Source: a virus
Taxonomy: Duplodnaviria; Heunggongvirae; Uroviricota; Caudoviricetes
Virus record (IMG/VR): IMGVR_UViG_2671180283_000022
Reading direction: 5' to 3' (one strand)
Length of the DNA stretch: 7,878 nucleotides
The first letter of the stretch is position 1; every line of letters starts with the position of its first letter. The position numbers and the translations under genes are program-made. A model generated the notes under the pieces. It made no database searches, was not told the origin of the DNA, and was given only the letters and a program-made list of their open reading frames with translations. Shown here piece after piece: positions 1 through 5,879 of the stretch.

Positions 1-924
1 TCAGCTTTTCGCCAGAACGGTGACGGCCTTATCGAGTTTTTGCCATCCGCAATAGGTGATTGCCCTGAACGCTGTAGCGTCATTCTGGAAAAGGCTAACC
101 GCCCCTGATTCGGTTTTTATTACCGCCTCATCAGTTGGGGTTATAACCGTGGCTTCAACGTTAATAATCAGCTTTTGAGCGTCTATCAGCATCATGCGAT
201 CCGCCTGTTCGCTCACAATTACCGGTATTCTCAAAAGCTCTATCTGCCAGAACTCAGCATCAGTAAGCTGTAAGGCGTTTTCTACGGGCAAGATTAGCGA
301 CGACGTGGAAAGCGTGTTACCGTTCGCTATGTGCTTTTTGAAAAGCTCTATGAAGTTTTCGGCCTCATCAGCACCATTAAGCACGCCCTCAGGGGATACG
401 CCAGCCACCTCCTTGTCACTGGAAAGAAATTTTTTATCTATTTCTTTCACCGATTCCGATGTGATCAAGTCTCTGATCGCTGAATTGGTGCCAGGGGTGC
501 TAAATTTGATTAGCTCGTTATTCAGCATCACAATAGCGCCAAGTTTGCACAGTTTTAGCGCGCTTTCGTTTACTTCTCCCTCTTTGACAGGGATTTCTTC
601 GGCTTCTTTAAGCCATTTACTACCCTTGCCTGATATTGACTGCAATTTTGCGCCAAACGGAAGATTCAGCCCGCTGCTGATTAGCTTGCCTGGTACAGAC
701 TGCGAAAAAATATACTCACCAAGCTCTCTTACTATCGGCTCTGCCACCAGCGACGGCATATTATCCGTAGTCATTCCGGCAACAATGGATTTTTCAAGAA
801 ATTTCGATACTGCCGGATCATTTCTTTTCGTCATCTCTATAGCGTCTGCATGGCTGAATTTACACGATGTAAGCACGCTGGCGGCGCGAACTGCCGACAC
901 GCCTTTCATGTTTTTAGAAATCAT
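1..924 (-). CDS. phage major capsid protein, HK97-fold family (307 aa, complete)
   Basis: ATG at 924-922, TGA at 3-1; SD AGGAGGAGG about 6 nt upstream of the ATG. Translation shows capsid-family hallmarks: central ...KWLKEAEEIPVKEG...KLGAIVMLNNELIKFS... and C-terminal ...SLFQNDATAFRAITYCGW.... Assigned from motif memory, not a search. Confidence 0.6.
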   Translation of the reverse strand: MISKNMKGVSAVRAASVLTSCKFSHADAIEMTKRNDPAVSKFLEKSIVAGMTTDNMPSLVAEPIVRELGEYIFSQSVPGKLISSGLNLPFGAKLQSISGKGSKWLKEAEEIPVKEGEVNESALKLCKLGAIVMLNNELIKFSTPGTNSAIRDLITSESVKEIDKKFLSSDKEVAGVSPEGVLNGADEAENFIELFKKHIANGNTLSTSSLILPVENALQLTDAEFWQIELLRIPVIVSEQADRMMLIDAQKLIINVEATVITPTDEAVIKTESGAVSLFQNDATAFRAITYCGWQKLDKAVTVLAKS

Positions 925-1075
925 CTTCTTCCTCCTCCTGGAAGCACGGGTTTAGTGTTTCGTGAAAATATGGCATCAGAACAGCGGCGGCCTGTAACCG
1001 TATTTCGGTCGACTGCTGCTTGTCGTTCATGATTTCCGTGAGTACATCAATAGGGTCTGTGATGTATTCGCTCAT
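914..1075 (-). CDS. small hypothetical protein (53 aa, acidic C-terminus), not in the ORF track
   Basis: ATG at 1075-1073 with GAGGT SD about 9 nt upstream; translation MSEYITDPIDVLTEIMNDKQQSTEIRLQAAAVLMPYFHETLNPCFQEEEEDDF; fills the terS-capsid gap and overlaps the capsid start by 11 nt in another frame. Confidence 0.3.
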   Translation of the reverse strand: MSEYITDPIDVLTEIMNDKQQSTEIRLQAAAVLMPYFHETLNPCFQEEEEDDF

Positions 1076-1086
1076 AGTTCGCTACC

Positions 1087-1575
1087 TCAGTGTTTTAAGT
1101 CTGTTGGTGGCTTAGGGATGGGGAACCGATTTGAGTAGACACTAGCGGCATTGAGTTTTTTAACCTCTTTTTTCCCAATGCTGCCGATCTTGCGGTGGGT
1201 GAACTGGGCCAGCTTAAACGCGGCATCTAAAGCCAGTTTTGGATCTGTGTCCATGTTGTCAATCAGTATCCTGCCCATTGCTTTGATGGGGTCGGGTAGG
1301 CCGTTATCCATCATCTCAATGGTGTTAATTGATGCCCGTTCCGGTGTAACTTTTTCGGTAACTTTCTTTGTAACTTTTTTCGGTTTTGTAACCTGAAAAG
1401 TTACATCAGAAGTTACAGCCTTAAGATACTTTTTCACCTCAGGATCGTTGGATAGCTGCCAGCCTTTAACCCTTGCGGTCTTTTCGCTGTATCCCGCATG
1501 TATAGCGGCTTCCGTGGGATTTGCGCCCCTTGATAACGCATCAGCAAACCGCTTTTTTTTGGTCGTTAATGCCAT
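1087..1575 (-). CDS. terS: terminase small subunit (162 aa from ATG 1575; alternative upstream in-frame start at 1707 gives 206 aa)
   Basis: N-terminal ...KKRFADALSRGANPTEAAIHAGYSEKTARVKGWQLSNDPEVKKYL... matches the HTH DNA-binding domain of phage small terminases. ATG 1575 has a GAGG SD about 9 nt upstream; the extra 44 aa of the longer form are low-complexity. Confidence 0.65.
   Translation of the reverse strand: MALTTKKKRFADALSRGANPTEAAIHAGYSEKTARVKGWQLSNDPEVKKYLKAVTSDVTFQVTKPKKVTKKVTEKVTPERASINTIEMMDNGLPDPIKAMGRILIDNMDTDPKLALDAAFKLAQFTHRKIGSIGKKEVKKLNAASVYSNRFPIPKPPTDLKH
1346..1416. repeat. GTAAC/GTTAC repeat array inside terS (four direct GTAAC at 1346, 1358, 1370, 1388; two inverted GTTAC at 1400, 1412); candidate pac or TerS-binding site
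   Basis: Read directly from the sequence; 12-bp phasing for the first three copies (gtaactttt). Confidence 0.5.
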
Positions 1576-1596
1576 GCAAAAACCTCGTTTTGAGGG

Positions 1597-1628
1597 GGTG
1601 TAACTTTTCGTGTAACTTTTTTGAAAAG
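1597..1628. repeat. two further GTGTAACTTTT copies (GTAAC at 1600 and 1612, 12 bp apart) in the terS leader, followed by an inverted GAAAAG
   Basis: Same DNA word as the intragenic array, about 250 bp away. Confidence 0.45.
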
Positions 1629-1703
1629 CAAAATTTTCTACGAATGAGACGGGGGGCGGTGTCCGTGGCGATCGTTTTTTTCGCCGGATGATACCCCCCC
1701 CTG

Positions 1704-1865
1704 TCATTGCTCACCGAGTAACGAGATCAGGCCTTCAACTTCATCACTCAGCTTGTTTATTCGTGTCTCAAGCTCTGCGATCTTTTCCATCAATGGCGCT
1801 ATGGTGTCTCTTGTTTCCTCGCCAATGGCTTTAATGATGCTTGCCTCGCGTTCTGTGATAGCCAT
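1704..1865 (-). CDS. small hypothetical protein (53 aa, coiled-coil-like), not in the ORF track
   Basis: ATG 1865-1863 with GAGG SD 8 nt upstream; translation MAITEREASIIKAIGEETRDTIAPLMEKIAELETRINKLSDEVEGLISLLGEQ. Its stop TGA (1706-1704) overlaps the ATG at 1707-1705 (ATGA) of the long terS frame; the upstream gene stops at 1869. Confidence 0.35.
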   Translation of the reverse strand: MAITEREASIIKAIGEETRDTIAPLMEKIAELETRINKLSDEVEGLISLLGEQ

Positions 1866-1868
1866 TGT

Positions 1869-2063
1869 TTACGCCTCACTTGTTGCAATGCCCAGGCGTT
1901 CGCGTAACAGTACGCGCGCAAGATGCCCTATTGTTGGTGTTGCCGCCCTGCCGTAGATACCTGATTCATTCATCCGGCGCACAATATCGAACTGCAACTT
2001 TTTAAGCTCGTTAAGGATTTCATGATCAATCATCACGGTAGCGCTTTGCTTTATCTCTTCCAC
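1869..2063 (-). CDS. small hypothetical protein (64 aa), possibly DNA-binding; GTG start
   Basis: GTG at 2063-2061 with AGGAGA SD 7 nt upstream; first gene after the terminator at 2151-2175; the RHH-like guess rests only on the N-terminal strand-like ...ATVMIDHEILNELKKL.... Confidence 0.45.
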   Translation of the reverse strand: MEEIKQSATVMIDHEILNELKKLQFDIVRRMNESGIYGRAATPTIGHLARVLLRERLGIATSEA

Positions 2064-2150
2064 TTTGTTTTCTCCTGATACTTATCATTGCATAACCAGT
2101 ATTTTCGATAGATTATCATTAATTAACCATCTTTGAAGATATATGAGATC
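2064..2150 (-). promoter_or_regulatory. AT-rich leader and probable promoter region of the packaging operon
   Basis: Lies between a terminator and the first gene of the next operon; contains the ttaattaa palindrome and a minus-sense ATACT-N15-AGTAT inverted repeat; no confident -35/-10 pair identified. Confidence 0.25.
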
Positions 2151-2175
2151 GAAAAAAAGCCGGATTGCTCCGGCT
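2151..2175 (-). terminator. rho-independent terminator (minus strand)
   Basis: Stem agccgga(2158-2164)/tccggct(2169-2175) with loop ttgc; on the minus-strand RNA it is followed by a 7-U tract (plus a7 at 2152-2158); 19 nt downstream of the stop at 2194. Confidence 0.6.
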
Positions 2176-2193
2176 ATGTGCTCACTTCTTCGG

Positions 2194-2430
2194 TTATTCT
2201 CCAGCGCTTTTAACGTTGATGGTTGTTACCTGTTCCGCTTCGGCAATCTCCCGTTCTGTCAGCGTGGCAAAGTTTGCCGCCGCTGTGGTCATGAATGCGC
2301 TTATCAGTTCGGGATGTTCATTCGCGTATCCTTCCCGCGTGTGGCGGTCTATAACTTTGATTGCCACCTTTAAAGCGTGCTCTGTCATGTCTAACGCTTT
2401 ATATTTTTGCTGTGTTCTGTCTCTGCGCAT
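2194..2430 (-). CDS. hypothetical protein (78 aa from ATG 2430; the track ORF extends to 2625 through the iterons)
   Basis: ATG 2430-2428 with GGTGGGGA about 10 nt upstream; translation MRRDRTQQKYKALDMTEHALKVAIKVIDRHTREGYANEHPELISAFMTTAAANFATLTEREIAEAEQVTTINVKSAGE. The upstream in-frame extension is encoded by iteron repeats and judged non-coding. Confidence 0.4.
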   Translation of the reverse strand: MRRDRTQQKYKALDMTEHALKVAIKVIDRHTREGYANEHPELISAFMTTAAANFATLTEREIAEAEQVTTINVKSAGE

Positions 2431-2440
2431 TTTGGTTATT

Positions 2441-2645
2441 TCCCCACCTATACCCACTTTTACTACCCACTTTTCACAATTCCCCACCTCGTTAAAGGCG
2501 TGGGATTTGTAATTTTTATCATGCTGTTTCATAAGGATTTTTTTGCTCCCCACTTTTTGGGGTGTATACAGGTCGAAAAGTGGGGAAGCGTGTTTAAATT
2601 TTGTTAAATTCCCCATGCTCCCCACTTTTACTTCCCACTTTTTAC
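2441..2645. repeat. iteron cluster, putative replication origin
   Basis: At least 8 copies of core (t)CCCCAC(t)TTT: 2441-2449, 2452-2462, 2465-2475, 2481-2489, 2547-2558, 2619-2630, 2632-2645, one inverted at 2576-2586 (head-to-head with 2547-2558), and a partial copy at 2609-2615. AT-rich stretches at 2506-2545 and 2592-2610; directly 3' of the replication gene. Confidence 0.6.
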
Positions 2646-4051
2646 AGTGGCCCTACATCATCGCCGTCAACATAGATAACGCCGTCTTTTTCCAGCTTGC
2701 CCAGCCAGCGCCGGAAGTGCTTCATTTCGTATCCCATCTTCTTCATGTCATCACGCAACAGCGGGATCGTGCACTTGTCGCCGTTCTGTGTGCGTGAACG
2801 GATGCACCCCCATAGCGCGGTATGGTTTTCCGTCTTGTTGCCTGCCTCCTCGATGCGCTCCAGTTCAACGGGTGGGCGCGGCTCATCCACCACCACCAGC
2901 GACGTAATTAATTCGCCGTCAGCGTCGGTAAAAAGCTCCACAACCCGCAAATCATAGGCAGCCTCTTTGAGTTCCTCCGCGTCCTTCATTTTGGTGCATG
3001 AGATGACCAGCGCTTCGCTTCCTGCGTCCTCTCTGCGTATCCTGTATTCAGCGTCCAGCGATGCACGGAATGCACTGGAACCACGCGCGCCCTTTGTTTC
3101 ATCCTTGCCGGAATGGTGAACCACCAGCACCGTGGCCCCTGTGCGTCGTTTCAGTTCGTCACATCCACGGATAAACGCCCCCATGTCACGGGAGTCATTT
3201 TCGTCATTGCCGCCAAAGCAACGCGCCAGCGTGTCCAGAATAATCATTAGAACCGGTTTACCCGTTTCCCGCTCAACCTGGCTGGCAGCAATAACCAGTT
3301 CATCAACATCAAGCGGGACAGCCGGAAAGATGGGACGGTTTACAAGGTAAAGATTTTTCACCTGCTCCCCGTGCACAACCTCCCAGGCTTTTACACGACG
3401 CGGAACGCCAATACCGCCTTCACCAACCACATAGAGAACAGCGCCATGCGCCACCCTGCGGCCTCCCCACTGGCGGCCCGTGGAAACGTGACACGCCCAC
3501 GATCCGGCAAGGAATGATTTATAGGAACCGCTCGCCCCGTATATGCTGCAAAGCGACGATGCCGGAATAATCCCCTTTACCACGTAATCAAGCTGCGTGT
3601 CGTATCCGGTAGATCCAACGCTCATCGGTAGCGTGGTTTTTCGCTGGGGGATTTTTTTCATGACCAGGCTTTCCCCGCGTTCCCATGCCTCCCTAAGCCG
3701 TGGAAGCTGGTCGTTCCATTCCTCCAGCAATTCGAAATTTTCAGAAATTAGCCGCGCCTCCTGGACTCCGGCGATCGCCAGTTTCGTGGCGATGGTTAAC
3801 AGCTGCGGCTCTTCAATATTTCCGGCGCGTATCACCGTCGCCCTGTATCGCCCATCATCAACAATCTGGAGGTTATCCAGTTCGCTTAACTGATAACACC
3901 CCAGATAAACGGGGGGGACTGGATCGCCTGCTTTTTTGGCCTGTGCAATGATGTAGTGCTCTGCAAATGAGTGCGCATCATTCCCCGCGAAAATAATTGC
4001 TTCGGTGTATTTGTCTTTCGGTAATCGTTTTACGTTCGGTGCAAGTTTCAT
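2642..4051 (-). CDS. replication protein with RecA-like (AAA_25/RepA-type) P-loop ATPase domain and an N-terminal domain possibly primase-associated (469 aa)
   Basis: Walker A GASGSYKS, Walker B-like VLMIILDTL, and ...VLVVHHSGKDETKGARGSSAF... typical of RepA-like helicases; ATG 4051-4049 overlaps the upstream stop (ATGA); iterons lie immediately downstream. Confidence 0.8.
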   Translation of the reverse strand: MKLAPNVKRLPKDKYTEAIIFAGNDAHSFAEHYIIAQAKKAGDPVPPVYLGCYQLSELDNLQIVDDGRYRATVIRAGNIEEPQLLTIATKLAIAGVQEARLISENFELLEEWNDQLPRLREAWERGESLVMKKIPQRKTTLPMSVGSTGYDTQLDYVVKGIIPASSLCSIYGASGSYKSFLAGSWACHVSTGRQWGGRRVAHGAVLYVVGEGGIGVPRRVKAWEVVHGEQVKNLYLVNRPIFPAVPLDVDELVIAASQVERETGKPVLMIILDTLARCFGGNDENDSRDMGAFIRGCDELKRRTGATVLVVHHSGKDETKGARGSSAFRASLDAEYRIRREDAGSEALVISCTKMKDAEELKEAAYDLRVVELFTDADGELITSLVVVDEPRPPVELERIEEAGNKTENHTALWGCIRSRTQNGDKCTIPLLRDDMKKMGYEMKHFRRWLGKLEKDGVIYVDGDDVGPL

Positions 4052-4347
4052 TTTTTACCCCTGAATACGTTCAACATCTTTCTTATTTCCTGAATATTGG
4101 CGCGTGCTTTCTCCCTGCTGGTTGGCTTACTGCGGGGCGCTGCCTGTACCAGATAAAAATCACGGTCGAACTGATAAACAGGCATAACGCAATCATATTC
4201 GTAGCCTTCACGGCGGTAAGTTACGCGCCGTTCCTCCACGCCCTTAATCATTACCGTTCCGCCGTACTTATCGCGGTAAATATCCCCGCACATGAATTTA
4301 GTGCGAGTTTTGCCGCTGGCAGTTAAGCCAGGATATTTAAGTTTCAT
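4048..4347 (-). CDS. hypothetical protein (99 aa)
   Basis: ATG 4347-4345 with GGAGAA SD; stop TGA overlaps the ATG of the replication gene (ATGA at 4051-4048); no family recognised. Confidence 0.5.
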   Translation of the reverse strand: MKLKYPGLTASGKTRTKFMCGDIYRDKYGGTVMIKGVEERRVTYRREGYEYDCVMPVYQFDRDFYLVQAAPRSKPTSREKARANIQEIRKMLNVFRGKK

Positions 4348-4352
4348 TATTT

Positions 4353-4580
4353 TTATTCTCCGGTGTGGGGCGCTTTATTATTTTCGTGAATTGCCATCGC
4401 CTTATCCAGTTCATCAATTACAGGCGATAGTAATGTCTGAACGGCGGCAAATATTAATGATGCAGGTTCTCCACCATCTTCCGGCACGTCTATTAACTTA
4501 ATTAACAGCGCATTCATTTCGCGCGCTTTAGTTAATGCGTTTTCAGAGTGGCTTAATACTTCAAAAGGGACTTTATTCAT
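4353..4580 (-). CDS. hypothetical protein (75 aa from ATG 4580; track start is GTG 4583)
   Basis: ATG 4580-4578 overlaps the TGA of the upstream paralog (TGATG); AGGGGG about 10 nt upstream; no family recognised. Confidence 0.5.
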   Translation of the reverse strand: MNKVPFEVLSHSENALTKAREMNALLIKLIDVPEDGGEPASLIFAAVQTLLSPVIDELDKAMAIHENNKAPHTGE

Positions 4581-4744
4581 CACAAAACCCCCTGACGAAT
4601 ACGGGCGACAAAAATCAGATGTGCGTGCGGCAGCTGGGCGCGTGCTTCGCGCTCAGTGGCAGCGGTAACGGTGAATACATCAATGCAGCTGTGGTGGCAC
4701 TGCATAAAGCGCCAGACAAAGTAAGGGCGTGCGGATACAGCCAT
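4580..4744 (-). CDS. small protein, paralog 1 (54 aa), motif FVWRF...TEREAR...ARIRQG
   Basis: ATG 4744-4742 with AGGAG SD 8 nt upstream; translation MAVSARPYFVWRFMQCHHSCIDVFTVTAATEREARAQLPHAHLIFVARIRQGVL. About 50% identical to paralog 2, with synonymous differences at conserved residues. May belong to the Icd-like/Ash-like small proteins of P4-like satellites (unverified memory). Confidence 0.55.
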   Translation of the reverse strand: MAVSARPYFVWRFMQCHHSCIDVFTVTAATEREARAQLPHAHLIFVARIRQGVL

Positions 4745-5030
4745 GTGAAAGGCTCCTACAGTAATTTTAAGGAGTCTCGCTACTACGCTGCTAAACGGGG
4801 TGGCGAGACGTAACAGGGTTAGCAGACTGGCACTGTAGGAACCAGCGAGCGCAAAGGCTCCCCCGTTACGCCCCGCCATAATGCGGGTATGGGTAGGCTT
4901 ACGGACACAAAAAAACCGCATATCGGAATATAAGCGGCTGTCCGCTACAGTATTCAGGCTGCTAAACCCGGTCGCCATGTGGGCGACGGGGGAAGCATAC
5001 AGCCCCGTTATAATTTTTTGCAAGCGGTTT
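4745..5030 (-). other. spacer between the paralogs, open in paralog-1 frame; probable decayed third copy or N-terminal extension
   Basis: No stop in the paralog-1 frame over about 95 codons; contains paralog-like remnants (...MRFFCVRK..., ...FSSVVARLLKI...) and two copies of GCTGCTAAAC plus CTACAGTA leader-like words (4756-4810 and 4945-4992). Confidence 0.25.
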
Positions 5031-5228
5031 TTACGCATGATGTGACCCCTGACGAATACGGGCGGCGAATACAGCAACACAACCGGACGGGCAACGGCTA
5101 CGCGCTTCGCGTTCCGTCCAGGCGGTTACGTGGATGATTTGAGATTCTCCGGCACTCAGGGCCAGAAAACGCCACACAAAGGCCGTTTGTGTGTGTACAA
5201 GGTGTGGTATATGATTTACGGCAACCAT
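5031..5228 (-). CDS. small protein, paralog 2 (65 aa), same family as paralog 1
   Basis: ATG 5228-5226 with AGGAG SD 5 nt upstream; translation MVAVNHIPHLVHTQTAFVWRFLALSAGESQIIHVTAWTEREARSRCPSGCVAVFAARIRQGSHHA; first gene of the replication operon. Confidence 0.55.
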   Translation of the reverse strand: MVAVNHIPHLVHTQTAFVWRFLALSAGESQIIHVTAWTEREARSRCPSGCVAVFAARIRQGSHHA

Positions 5229-5257
5229 AACGGCTCCTAGTTTACGTTGTTGGTTAG

Positions 5258-5301
5258 AAGCCCTGCGAGTGGTAATGACACTTGCGGGGCTTTGCTTTTT
5301 T
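5258..5301 (+). terminator. plus-strand hairpin terminator in the divergent intergenic region
   Basis: 14-bp stem 5258-5271/5279-5292 with 7-nt loop; the two non-Watson-Crick positions are G-U wobbles on the plus RNA but C-A mismatches on the minus RNA; followed on plus by tgctttttt (5293-5301). Confidence 0.45.
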
Positions 5302-5318
5302 AAGTGCTCTTGTGTTAA

Positions 5319-5362
5319 GGTGACCACCTAACAATGGAAAGGCTAATTCAATAGGTGACCAC
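5319..5362. promoter_or_regulatory. direct repeats GGTGACCAC (5319-5327 and 5354-5362), candidate operator in the divergent promoter region
   Basis: Two exact 9-bp copies 35 bp apart, each followed by a yT...AACAA tail, immediately upstream of the Arc-like gene and facing the replication operon; exact hexamers not resolved. Confidence 0.3.
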
Positions 5363-5554
5363 TTGTCAACAATCAAACGCGATAAAAGCCCTAAAGGGGA
5401 CGGGCAATCCCCACAATTCAGAATGCGAATTTCTCCAGAGCTAAAAGAGCAATTCGACAAAGAAGCACAGAGCGACGGCATAAGCCTAGCCAACTGGCTT
5501 AAAGAGTTGGGGCGCACTGAACTAAAGCGGCGCGGCATAGAACCCAAAGGATAA
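5363..5554 (+). CDS. Arc-like ribbon-helix-helix DNA-binding protein (63 aa with TTG start 5363; alternative ATG 5423)
   Basis: ...SPQFRMRISPELKEQFDKEAQSDGISLANWLKELG... parallels the Arc repressor N-terminal strand and helices (PQFNLRWPREVLDLVRKVAEENGRSVNSEIYQRVMESF); AGGTGA SD 4 nt before the TTG; purine-rich on the plus strand. Confidence 0.55.
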   Translation: MSTIKRDKSPKGDGQSPQFRMRISPELKEQFDKEAQSDGISLANWLKELGRTELKRRGIEPKG

Positions 5555-5611
5555 AAACTATCAGCGCCGTGGTGTGAGGTATTACGGCGCATTGCTATGC
5601 AGGACAACACA

Positions 5612-5785
5612 ATGACTGATAAAGAATTGACCAAAACATTATCACCGGCACGGAAAAGACGGCGCAGAAAGATAGAGCATGAATCAGAAAGATTCGCGCC
5701 ATGTGCTTTTGCCCTTGAGCAATTCCTTAAAGAGTATAGGGAAAAGCGCTCATTGCAGGTATGGCAACGAACTGAACCAGACTGA
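5612..5785 (+). CDS. small highly basic hypothetical protein (57 aa from ATG 5612; 62 aa from ATG 5597)
   Basis: AGGA SD 7 nt before ATG 5612; translation MTDKELTKTLSPARKRRRRKIEHESERFAPCAFALEQFLKEYREKRSLQVWQRTEPD; followed by a terminator; no family recognised. Confidence 0.35.
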   Translation: MTDKELTKTLSPARKRRRRKIEHESERFAPCAFALEQFLKEYREKRSLQVWQRTEPD

Positions 5786-5879
5786 TTGCATTGCCCACCA
5801 GCCTGATAGCGGCTATCATCCCCGTGCTTATGTTTGGGATCACATACACATAAGGCGCAGCGGGTTAATTGTTCAGAAA

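Noticed and set aside
194-955. 253-aa plus-strand ORF
   Set aside because: Antisense shadow of the capsid gene; Ser/Leu-rich with no motif; the minus-strand capsid frame has a strong SD and family hallmarks.
1651-1701. G6 and C8 homopolymer tracts as a phase-variation or G-quadruplex element
   Set aside because: Only single G and C runs; a complementary-clamp hairpin explains them more simply.
2143-2512. Plus-strand ORFs 2143..2373 and 2165..2512
   Set aside because: They overlap the minus-strand gene and the terminator hairpin, are Cys/Phe/Ser-rich and lack an SD; shadow ORFs.
2431-2625. N-terminal extension of the 143-aa track ORF 2194..2625
   Set aside because: The extension is encoded by the iteron repeats and AT-rich origin spacers, so the open frame is a by-product of the repeats; start moved to ATG 2430.
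2441-2645. CRISPR array
   Set aside because: The repeat core is only about 9-11 bp, irregularly spaced, in both orientations, with no uniform spacers; this is iteron architecture.
3132-3951. Plus-strand ORFs inside the replication gene (3132..3350, 3597..3893, 3700..3951)
   Set aside because: Ser/Arg-rich antisense frames of a well-supported minus-strand gene.
4580-5080. Single 166-aa gene as drawn in the ORF track
   Set aside because: The strong AGGAG SD and the paralog alignment both start at ATG 4744; the upstream 5'-proximal 112 codons are low-complexity and overlap paralog 2 in another frame. Kept only as a possible decayed copy.
5804-5818. Perfect 15-bp palindrome TGATAGC-g-GCTATCA in the 3' region of the plus-strand cassette
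   Set aside because: A 7-bp-arm palindrome is expected about once by chance in a window this size, and there is no second copy or promoter context.
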